Program-made: the position numbers and the translations under genes
Notes under the pieces: generated by a model
The model's database searches: none
The model's input: the letters and a program-made list of their open reading frames with translations, nothing else
What the model was told of the DNA's origin: nothing
In this document: positions 21,861 to 30,594 of the stretch, piece after piece
Layout: every line of letters starts with the position of its first letter
How positions within the stretch are numbered: position 1 is the stretch's first letter
Assembly: GCA_046861385.1 (NCBI GenBank)
Contig: JBHHTW010000002.1
Coordinates: forward strand, 64,001 to 128,000
Direction: 5' to 3'
DNA length: 64,000 nt
Source: Fidelibacterota bacterium
GTDB lineage: Bacteria > Fidelibacterota > Marinisomatia > Marinisomatales > TCS55

Positions 21861-21921
21861 TTGACAAGGTGGGATGAAATGTATTTTGAATTAACTAAAA
21901 CCGTTTTTCCCACCTTGTCAA
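21861..21921. repeat. 61-bp element with perfect 14-bp inverted repeats
   Basis: TTGACAAGGTGGGA ... TCCCACCTTGTCAA. Confidence 0.75.
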
Positions 21922-21931
21922 AGTCAATTTC

Positions 21932-24748
21932 TTATTCCACAGGATTTCCGTCAGGGTCGAGTAAAATTGGATCTCCAAATCCAAGGGATTTCATCCCTTC
22001 AAGCTGTGTGGCTGCATCCCCAACAACCAAATATATCATTTCATCCGGACGGATCCATTTCTGTGCCAGTTCATTATGACTCTCAATGGTCATTTGACGG
22101 ATAATATTTTCCTGATCGTTTATGTAATCAAACGGCAAATTGTAAGTTGCAATATTATCAATCATTCCCCGCAGAGCCCCTAATGTTTCAAATCTTCGGG
22201 CATTGGATTTTAGCAGAACATTTTTAGTGAATTCCAAATCCTCTGATGATATTGGATCCCGATAAGCGGTCATCAGCTCTTTAAATATATTGATTGATTC
22301 CTCTGTGGTATTTGATTGCACACCAGAAGAAGCAGTGAATTTCCCTAGGAATTTTGTTCCGGTAAAACGTGTGCGGGCACCATAAGTAAATCCTTTCTCT
22401 TCCCGAAGAACCAAATTCACATTTCCGCTGAAATTCCCTCCCAATTTCATATTCATCACCGTTGCTGGGAAAAAGTCCGGATCGGTGCGCGCCAATCCCA
22501 GATATCCGATTCTAATTTCTGATTGCTTTGCGTTGGGAACATCTACAAAATATACTTTTGGATCGGATTCAGGTTGTGGCAATTCATATTTAGGAAATGT
22601 TACTTTTTTTATCTCCCACTTGTTTACCAAGCCACGAAATGCTTTCAAAGCCTGGCTACGACTTATATCGCCGACAATAGTAATGGTAGCTAAGTCAGCG
22701 GAAAAATTCTTTGCATAATAGTTTTTAAGGTCATCCAGCTTGATTAAATCTAATGCTTCTACCGTCCCAACTGTTTCATTGGCAAGGATATGATTCTTAT
22801 ATAGTAGCTTATTAAAGACCTTAGATGCGATGGCAGATGGCACGGATGCCCGTCGTTTGATGGCTTCCGCTGTTTCTCTTTTAACACGATCAAATTCTGT
22901 TTCATCCCAACGGGGTTCGAATAATATTTCTTCAACCAGTGCCAGCGTCGCTTCAAAATTTCGTTTCAAGGTTGTTACTTCCACGCCGATGGTTTCCTTT
23001 CCGGTATACATCGTGATGGAAGACCCCAGCGCATCAATAGCTTCTTCAAGTTCGATAGGTGTTCTATTTGCTGTACCTTGCATCATCAAATCGGAAATAA
23101 GATTTGCTACTCCCACTTTTTCCTGGTCATCCAAAAGTATTCCCCCTTCAATTTGAATACCGAAATTGATTAATGGGAGTTCGTCGTGCTTGGTGCCATA
23201 AATAGAAACGCCATTTTTATAAGCATAATGCCATATTCTTGGGAGATGTAGCCGTGGTTGCGGACCATCAACCGGTTCCACAGATCGATCAAACAAAGAA
23301 GGAATATTTTCTATATCTATACTGTTCACTATCGTTTCTTTTGCGCTTTTTTCAACGATTTTTTCTTCCTGAACTGGAAAGAAAACGGAACCGTCTGCCG
23401 CCAGATCCACTTTGCCTTTTGGAACGAAACTGGTCATAACATAATTCTGGCCTTTTATATATTTTTTGTACACCCGTTTAATGTCATCCATATTGACATC
23501 GAGTACTTTCTGCAATTCTTCTGCAATAGCATCCGGCGAGCCATAATATTCATTATATTGTGCCAGTTGAAATCCTTTACTTAAAACAGAAGAAATGCCC
23601 CGATAGAAGCCGGTTTCATATTTGGCTTTCAACCTCTCAAGATCTTCATCTGTGAAACCATCAATTTCAAAACGGGAAAATGATTCATGAATAGCCGATT
23701 CTACTTCTGTTAAATTGGAAGTTGGAAATGCATTAACGACTATTTTGAATGTCCCGGCTATTTCCTGTGCTCCATTGTATGAGTAAAGTGTGGGAGCCAG
23801 TTTTTTTTCCTCGACGATTACTTTGTACAATGGCGCTTTTTTTCCATCACCTAAAAGCTGTCCAAATAATTCAAGGGCAGCCGCATCGGGATGCCTTTGG
23901 TCTACTGTGGGAAACACCATGGTTAACCGAGGGGAACTGGCAAAATTATCTTCGTAATATAGTTTTTTTGTTTCATTAAGCTGTACAGGTATGGGTTTAG
24001 GATCTTCAAAAACAGGGCCGGATTTAATTTCTCCAAAATATTTTTCGACGAATTTTTTAACTTGCCTTTTATTAATATCACCGGCAATCACCATCGTGGC
24101 ATTATTGGGTCCATACCATTTTTCGTAGAAATCACGAACATCTTTTAATGTTGCGTTTTGCAAATCTTCTAATTCTCCGATTACTGTCCAATTGTATGGA
24201 TGTCCCTCAGGGTAAAGGTTTTTAATAATAATATAATTATTATAACCATAGGGACGGTTATCTACCCGTTGGCGTTTTTCATTTTGAACCACTTCCTGCT
24301 GGTTCTCAAAAGAAGATTGCGTCACAGTAGAAAGGAGCCATCCCATGCGGTCAGATTCCATCCAGAGGACTGTTTCTAATGCATTTTTGGGTACGATCTC
24401 GTAGTAAACGGTTCCGTCTTCCCATGTACCGCCATTTAACGTGCCGCCGACATTTTGAATCTTTTTGAAAAACTGATCTTGACCGACGTGCTGGGATTCC
24501 TGGAAAAGCATATGTTCAAACAGATGGGCAAATCCGGTTCTTCCGGGAATTTCGCGATTGGAACCAACGTGGTATTGAATGGCGACTCCAACGATTGGAT
24601 CTGATTTATCCTCGTGTAAAATGACGGTTAATCCATTATCCAATAAGTATTTTTCATAATCAATTGTAAATGGTGTAATGGCATTGATTATGCAATTATT
24701 TAAAAGAAGAGTTATAAAAATGTTGAAAATCATTGATTTTTTAAACAT
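21932..24748 (-). CDS. Secreted M16 family zinc peptidase (pitrilysin/PqqL-like)
   Basis: GFAHLFEHM (HxxEH), LREEKGFTYG; signal peptide; AAGGAG RBS. Confidence 0.94.
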   Translation of the reverse strand: MFKKSMIFNIFITLLLNNCIINAITPFTIDYEKYLLDNGLTVILHEDKSDPIVGVAIQYHVGSNREIPGRTGFAHLFEHMLFQESQHVGQDQFFKKIQNVGGTLNGGTWEDGTVYYEIVPKNALETVLWMESDRMGWLLSTVTQSSFENQQEVVQNEKRQRVDNRPYGYNNYIIIKNLYPEGHPYNWTVIGELEDLQNATLKDVRDFYEKWYGPNNATMVIAGDINKRQVKKFVEKYFGEIKSGPVFEDPKPIPVQLNETKKLYYEDNFASSPRLTMVFPTVDQRHPDAAALELFGQLLGDGKKAPLYKVIVEEKKLAPTLYSYNGAQEIAGTFKIVVNAFPTSNLTEVESAIHESFSRFEIDGFTDEDLERLKAKYETGFYRGISSVLSKGFQLAQYNEYYGSPDAIAEELQKVLDVNMDDIKRVYKKYIKGQNYVMTSFVPKGKVDLAADGSVFFPVQEEKIVEKSAKETIVNSIDIENIPSLFDRSVEPVDGPQPRLHLPRIWHYAYKNGVSIYGTKHDELPLINFGIQIEGGILLDDQEKVGVANLISDLMMQGTANRTPIELEEAIDALGSSITMYTGKETIGVEVTTLKRNFEATLALVEEILFEPRWDETEFDRVKRETAEAIKRRASVPSAIASKVFNKLLYKNHILANETVGTVEALDLIKLDDLKNYYAKNFSADLATITIVGDISRSQALKAFRGLVNKWEIKKVTFPKYELPQPESDPKVYFVDVPNAKQSEIRIGYLGLARTDPDFFPATVMNMKLGGNFSGNVNLVLREEKGFTYGARTRFTGTKFLGKFTASSGVQSNTTEESINIFKELMTAYRDPISSEDLEFTKNVLLKSNARRFETLGALRGMIDNIATYNLPFDYINDQENIIRQMTIESHNELAQKWIRPDEMIYLVVGDAATQLEGMKSLGFGDPILLDPDGNPVE

Positions 24749-24761
24749 GGAATTCTCCTTT

Positions 24762-24878
24762 TAGAAGGCTGTGTAAAACCCTGTACGTAAAGAAAAGAGA
24801 ATTAAAATTTGGCAGGAACGAAAAGCAGACGAAATTTAAACTTTTAAATTTGTGTATCGGGTTTTGCAAAGCCTTCTA
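24762..24878. mobile_element. MITE-like element with terminal inverted repeats
   Basis: tagaaggctgtgtaaaaccc ... gggttttgcaaagccttcta, 18/20 inverted match including TA at each end; no ORF inside. Confidence 0.75.
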
Positions 24879-25098
24879 TTACCAAAATGAATTGTAGTTG
24901 ATACAATAAACAAAATATCTGATTATTACATATCGGCAAAAATTACGTAAAATGATTGTTTTATTATATGGATATTATATTTTACTGAGTTGATGAACTA
25001 ATAAACCAAAATTGGGTTGCATAATGATGGAAAAAGAAATCTTTGCGGCAGGTATAAATAATATGCTACTTTTAGTACGTTAAGGTGATCCTGTTTAA

Positions 25099-25773
25099 AT
25101 GAGTAGACGTTTCATGAAATATTTATTTCGCATTTTACCTGTTTTTTGTACGCTTATGGTGGCGGTCTTCTTGTTTAATGCCTGTGATGATAACAATACA
25201 GATGATATACCTGACGAATTACAAAAAGGGGAAGGGTTGATACCTGCTGTCATTGGCAACAGATGGATTTACTCAGATTCTCTTTGGATCGCCGATTCCT
25301 TGTGGCATGCAAATTTTGATACGGTTGAAATAATTGATACCCTAATGAGGGGCGATCAGATCTGGTGGCAAACAAAAAGTTATATACCTGATTTATATAA
25401 TGATGACCCTTATCATAATCCAAACCAAGATGCTGGAGAATTCTACATCCGTAACGACAGTATTTTTGGAGTTACTTATAATTGGGGAAATCGCGAAACC
25501 GTATTACGTTTCATCCCGCCTCCTGATACATCCACCAGTTATTATGTCTGGTATGAAGATACTGGATGGATAAGAACGGCGGTCATGCAGCCGGAGTCAA
25601 TTACTGTTCCGGCCGGAACATTTGACAGTTGCGGTGTATATACTGATATTACTATTGAATCCGATATAATACATGTCATTGCCCCAGGTGTGGGAGTTCT
25701 TCAGCGTTCTGTAATAGGTTCAAGTTTAAGATGGATAATTACTTTAATTGGTTATGAATTAGTTCTTGACTGA
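25099..25773 (+). CDS. Hypothetical lipoprotein
   Basis: Lipobox-like FNAC; P.VIGNRWIY and ITVPAGTF...APGVG segments. Confidence 0.8.
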   Translation: MSRRFMKYLFRILPVFCTLMVAVFLFNACDDNNTDDIPDELQKGEGLIPAVIGNRWIYSDSLWIADSLWHANFDTVEIIDTLMRGDQIWWQTKSYIPDLYNDDPYHNPNQDAGEFYIRNDSIFGVTYNWGNRETVLRFIPPPDTSTSYYVWYEDTGWIRTAVMQPESITVPAGTFDSCGVYTDITIESDIIHVIAPGVGVLQRSVIGSSLRWIITLIGYELVLD

Positions 25774-25795
25774 AATATTCTAAAACGGATTAAAT

Positions 25796-25860
25796 CCTTT
25801 CAAAGGTTTGTGAACCTTTGAAAGGTTACCGGCAAGTTATCTCATGAAGTCGGGTGACTT
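25796..25860. repeat. Two REP-like palindromes downstream of the lipoprotein gene
   Basis: CCTTTCAAAGGTT-tgtg-AACCTTTGAAAGG (perfect 13-bp arms) and degenerate aagttatc...gggtgactt. Confidence 0.65.
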
Positions 25861-25992
25861 CTCTCAATCAATAAATGATTTTTGTATAAAATATAACATT
25901 TGAAAAGTCAGTGATGGTATTTATCAAAAGAATCATTTAAGCACTACCCCCACTATATTTAAATTAACAGCTTTCAAACTAAAAGAATATTC

Positions 25993-27486
25993 ATGACAGA
26001 CGATCATAAAAGCTTAAACGAAATCATTCGCTTTCGAAGAGAGAAACTGGATGCACTAAAGGAAAAGGGTGTTAACCCTTATCCACATAATTATAATCCA
26101 ACCCATACCAGCGGCGAGGCTCTTGCGAAATATGATGAGTTAGAAGGTAAAGATGTCACCGTCGCCGGCCGGATTATGGCTCTCCGTAAAATGGGTAAAG
26201 CATCCTTTTTTCATATCCAGGATATGGGTGGTCGAATCCAGGTGTACATTCGACGAGATGATGTGGGCGAAGATGCTTATGCTCATTTTAAACTCATGGA
26301 TATTGGGGATTTTGTTGGTGTAAAGGGTTTTTTGTTTACGACTAAAATGGGTGAAAAGTCAATCCACGCCAAGGAATTTACTGTATTAGCAAAGAGCATT
26401 CGTCCTCTTCCGGTTGTGAAGGAAAAGGATGGTGAAACATTCGACGCATTCGAAGATAAGGAATTACGCTATCGCAACCGTCATTTAGACCTTATCGTAA
26501 ATCCCGGCGTCAGAGATGTTTTTGTAAAGCGAGCGAAAGTTATTAGCAAAATAAGGAATTATTTAGATGGATTAGGGTTTCTTGAAGTGGAAACACCTGC
26601 CCTTCAACCTCTTTACGGAGGCGCCAATGCAAGGCCATTTACAACACATCATAATGCTTTGGACCAAAAACTCTATCTACGCATCGCAGATGAATTATAC
26701 CTAAAACGCCTTATTATAGGTGGTTTCGACCGCGTCTATGAATTGGCAAAAGATTTTCGAAATGAAGGTATGGATCGAAGCCACAATCCTGAGTTTACCA
26801 TGCTGGAATTATATTGGGCTTATGCAGACTATGAAAACATTATGGAACTAGTGGAAGATATGTTTCGCAGCGCAGCAGAAACTGTTGGAAAAACCAAGGT
26901 GCATTGGCAGGGAAATGAAATCAATCTTTCCAAATCATTCTCACGGAAACCCATTCTGGAATTATTACAGGAAGCTACCGGGAAAAATTTGGGATCTGCA
27001 ACAGACGATGAAATGATAAAACTATGTAAGTCCCATAATATTGATGTGGACGACAATGCCAATTATGGTCAGATGCTGGATGAACTTATGAGTGAACTAG
27101 TAGAGCCAAAACTTATTCAACCCACATTTGTCACTGATTATCCCAAAGCCATTTCACCGTTGGCAAAAGCCCATCGCAATGGGGATACTAACTTAGTGGA
27201 ACGATTTGAATTATTTATAGGCGGCGCTGAATTTGCCAATGCATTTACTGAATTAAATGACCCTGTCGATCAGCGTGAACGATTGGAGGCACAAGCAAGA
27301 TTGAGGGAAAAAGGTGATGAAGAGGCACAACCTGTTGATGAAAATTTTATTCAGGCAATGGAGTGCGGCATGCCGCCGACAGGCGGTGTTGGAGTCGGCA
27401 TTGACCGTCTTACGATGCTTCTGACAGAACAAAATACGATTAAAGATGTCATTCTTTTTCCCGCTATGCGGACGATCGATGAATGA
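25993..27486 (+). CDS. lysS: Lysine--tRNA ligase (class II)
   Basis: GGANARPFTT, LRIADELYLKRL, FRNEG, GMPPTGGVGVGIDRL. Confidence 0.98.
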   Translation: MTDDHKSLNEIIRFRREKLDALKEKGVNPYPHNYNPTHTSGEALAKYDELEGKDVTVAGRIMALRKMGKASFFHIQDMGGRIQVYIRRDDVGEDAYAHFKLMDIGDFVGVKGFLFTTKMGEKSIHAKEFTVLAKSIRPLPVVKEKDGETFDAFEDKELRYRNRHLDLIVNPGVRDVFVKRAKVISKIRNYLDGLGFLEVETPALQPLYGGANARPFTTHHNALDQKLYLRIADELYLKRLIIGGFDRVYELAKDFRNEGMDRSHNPEFTMLELYWAYADYENIMELVEDMFRSAAETVGKTKVHWQGNEINLSKSFSRKPILELLQEATGKNLGSATDDEMIKLCKSHNIDVDDNANYGQMLDELMSELVEPKLIQPTFVTDYPKAISPLAKAHRNGDTNLVERFELFIGGAEFANAFTELNDPVDQRERLEAQARLREKGDEEAQPVDENFIQAMECGMPPTGGVGVGIDRLTMLLTEQNTIKDVILFPAMRTIDE

Positions 27487-28688
27487 AGACAGCGCTTCGC
27501 ATTGCCATTCGTCATTTAGGATTTAAGCACCAGGGTAGTTTCACATCTTTTGCCGGCATTGCAGCTGTGATTGGTTTGGGATTAGGTATCTGTGCTTTAG
27601 TCCTTACCGTTTCCGTTCTTAATGGATTTGAGGATACTATTTCCAGAAAAATTGCAGGATTGGATGGACATATCCGTACCCAGCACTTTCTTTTTAGACC
27701 CGTCGATCCTTATCAATCAAAATTGGACAGTATTTTAACAAATCAATCGGTGTCATATTCATCGGTTCCTTATATCCAGGAAGCCGCCATGGTGAGAAAA
27801 GGCCGTAGAGCGGAAGGAATTCTCATTGAAGGGTATGGAGATGACGAACTGCCAAATGATATTGCCAAAATGGTGCAATCAGGGTCATCCGAATTGGAAA
27901 ATGGAAAGGCGGTGATTGGAAAAGCACTAGCTCAAATGTTACATGTTGATGTTGGAGATAAATTGGTGTTAATGGACATGAAATCCATGATCACTATCTC
28001 ATCCGGACGGCGTATGAAGCAAGTATCCATTGGTGGGATTTACAAATCCGGTTTACAGGAATATGATCAATCGGTAGTTTATTTATCATTAAAAGACGCA
28101 CAGAATTTGTTTCACTATGAGAATAAAATATCCGGCTATACAATTTCATTAAAGGATGGAAATAATGCCGATATTATTTCAACTGTACTTGAGGAATCCT
28201 TAGGTTATCCCTATTATGTAATTACATGGAAGGAGAAACATAACAATTTGTTCAACTGGCTAAATTTACAAAAATGGCCAATTCTAATTATTTTTGGAAT
28301 GATCGCATTGGTTGGAATTGTAAATATTATTTCTGCATTATTTATGATAGTTCTTGAAAAAATCCGAACTATTGGTACATTAAAATCCATGGGAATGGAT
28401 AATAAAACCATTCGTCAAATCTTCCTAATCAAAGGGGTGTTTATTGGGTCTTTAGGTTCTTTATTTGGATTAGCGTTAGCATTAATTTTCGCTGCTATAC
28501 AAATTCATTATACCCCATTGTCCATTTCAGAAGAAATATATTTTATGCGCTACGTACCCGTTCTTCTTGACTGGTCCATTATTGGAATGATCGTTTTTTG
28601 TGGAATATTTTTTTCGATACTTTCGGCGCTGTGGCCGACAGGCCGGGCAGCAGCTATTGATCCTGCCGATGCTTTGAGGTACGAATGA
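27483..28688 (+). CDS. LolC/E-family lipoprotein release permease
   Basis: SVLNGF, FtsX-type topology, C-terminal DPADALRYE. Confidence 0.88.
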   Translation: MKTALRIAIRHLGFKHQGSFTSFAGIAAVIGLGLGICALVLTVSVLNGFEDTISRKIAGLDGHIRTQHFLFRPVDPYQSKLDSILTNQSVSYSSVPYIQEAAMVRKGRRAEGILIEGYGDDELPNDIAKMVQSGSSELENGKAVIGKALAQMLHVDVGDKLVLMDMKSMITISSGRRMKQVSIGGIYKSGLQEYDQSVVYLSLKDAQNLFHYENKISGYTISLKDGNNADIISTVLEESLGYPYYVITWKEKHNNLFNWLNLQKWPILIIFGMIALVGIVNIISALFMIVLEKIRTIGTLKSMGMDNKTIRQIFLIKGVFIGSLGSLFGLALALIFAAIQIHYTPLSISEEIYFMRYVPVLLDWSIIGMIVFCGIFFSILSALWPTGRAAAIDPADALRYE

Positions 28689-29887
28689 AGTTTGCTTATA
28701 CAATCGCACGAAGATTTATGCTCGGTGGAAAAGGTGCCGGTCCCAGTCGATTGACAGGATGGATTTCCATTATCGGTCTGGCAGCCGGAACTTTCGCTTT
28801 GATTGTTTCATTATCTGTCTTAAACGGTTTTGAGGAACGGGTTACCGGTCGGATTGTTGGATTTGAAGGAGACTTGAGAATAACGGCGGTGGAAGAAGAT
28901 TTGAATTTGTCACTGATGATGAATACAATTAAAAGGGATCAATTCGCAGCAGATGCCATGCCGTACAGAGAGCGAAAAGGGTTAATATCGGGTTCTGACC
29001 AAGAACAGCGTTTGGTCATGTTAAAAGCGATAGAAATAGAACGCTTTTCAGAATTTTATAATATAAATATAAAAGAGACTGTTGTAAAACCAGAAACACC
29101 ATCCATTTATATTGGACAGGTGTTAGCTCAACGGTTGAATATAGCTGTTGGTGATAATATCCAAATGATGAGTCCGGTAGATCACAGTGGTCAGATAGGC
29201 TTACCTCGGAAATATTCCGGAACAATTTCAGGAATTTTTAAAACAGAAGTTTTAGATTTAGATGATCGAATGGTTTTTATACCAATGGAATTAGGTGAAA
29301 CATTGTTTTCCAGGAAAAAAAGTATCGATGGCATTGATATTCGGCTAAATGACTCAGAACAAGCCGGTGAACTAAAAAAATATTATCGAAAGAAACTCCC
29401 CGGTGGAATTTTGATTAAAAGTTGGGCTGACCTTCATTCAGGATTATTTAACGCCATGCGAATGGAGCGATTAGGAGCCTTGGCAGTATTAAGTCTGATC
29501 ATTTTAGTGGCTTGTTTTAATCTCATGTCTACGCTGGTGTTAGTTACCTATCAGAAAATTCGAGAAATTGGTATTTTGAGAACATTGGGAACAACTGCTC
29601 GGAAAATCCAGGGAGTCATTTTATTCCAGGGATTGATGATAGGAGGCGTCGGCGCGATGACGGGAATCTTATTAAGTACTGGATTGGTTTTAGTGCAAAA
29701 TCAATTTGGTTTAATTCCATTACCCCAAGAAGTTTATTTTATTGATCAATTACCAATGGTATTAAAAATGATGGATCTTTTTGTTGTGTTTGTTATTTCA
29801 TTTATCTTAATCTTAATGTCTTCAGCAATTGCATCAAACCGAGCGCTAAAAATTAATCCTAAAGAAGCCGTTTATTTAGAAAAATGA
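28685..29887 (+). CDS. LolC/E-family lipoprotein release permease (second paralog)
   Basis: LSVLNGFE, LFNAMRME, REIGILRTLG. Confidence 0.88.
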   Translation: MKFAYTIARRFMLGGKGAGPSRLTGWISIIGLAAGTFALIVSLSVLNGFEERVTGRIVGFEGDLRITAVEEDLNLSLMMNTIKRDQFAADAMPYRERKGLISGSDQEQRLVMLKAIEIERFSEFYNINIKETVVKPETPSIYIGQVLAQRLNIAVGDNIQMMSPVDHSGQIGLPRKYSGTISGIFKTEVLDLDDRMVFIPMELGETLFSRKKSIDGIDIRLNDSEQAGELKKYYRKKLPGGILIKSWADLHSGLFNAMRMERLGALAVLSLIILVACFNLMSTLVLVTYQKIREIGILRTLGTTARKIQGVILFQGLMIGGVGAMTGILLSTGLVLVQNQFGLIPLPQEVYFIDQLPMVLKMMDLFVVFVISFILILMSSAIASNRALKINPKEAVYLEK

Positions 29888-30561
29888 TATTAAAAGCCAC
29901 TGGTATAAATAAATCCTACCATAATGGATCGAAGACACTCGATGTATTAAAGAATATCAATATACAATTAATGGTGGGAGATATGGTAACAATAATGGGT
30001 CAATCGGGTGCCGGTAAAACCACATTATTAAACATATTGGGGACATTGGATAATCCTGACGGCGGTAAGGTAGAAATATGCGGAAAGGATATTGACGTGT
30101 TAAGTGAAGAAGAATTATCCTCCTTACGTAATAATCATTTGGGGTTCGTATTCCAATTTCATCATTTATTGCCTGAATTCACTGCAATTGAAAATGTATT
30201 AATGCCCAGCCTGATCGCCGGAGATGAAGACGATGTTAAAGAACGAGCAAAAGAATTATTTGAATATGTAGAAATGGTAGAACGGAAAGATCATTATCCA
30301 TCACAATTATCTGGCGGGGAAAGACTTCGGGTAGCTGTGTTAAGGGCAATTATCCGAAAACCGGATGTTATTCTAGCGGATGAACCGACTGGAAATTTAG
30401 ATATAACGAACGCAAATAAATTACTGAGTTTGTTTAATAAAATTAATAAAGATTTTGATCAGGCGTTTGTAATTACAACTCACAATCCGAGTGTCGCCGA
30501 TATTGGTCACAGAAAATATATTTTAGAAAATGAAACATTATCTTTGACAGATAGTGTTTGA
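29884..30561 (+). CDS. lolD: Lipoprotein release ABC ATPase
   Basis: GQSGAGKT, GFVFQFHHLLPEFTA, LADEPTGNLD. Confidence 0.92.
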   Translation: MILKATGINKSYHNGSKTLDVLKNINIQLMVGDMVTIMGQSGAGKTTLLNILGTLDNPDGGKVEICGKDIDVLSEEELSSLRNNHLGFVFQFHHLLPEFTAIENVLMPSLIAGDEDDVKERAKELFEYVEMVERKDHYPSQLSGGERLRVAVLRAIIRKPDVILADEPTGNLDITNANKLLSLFNKINKDFDQAFVITTHNPSVADIGHRKYILENETLSLTDSV

Positions 30562-30594
30562 AAACGAGTAAACTATTGCTAATTTAAGTTTGAA

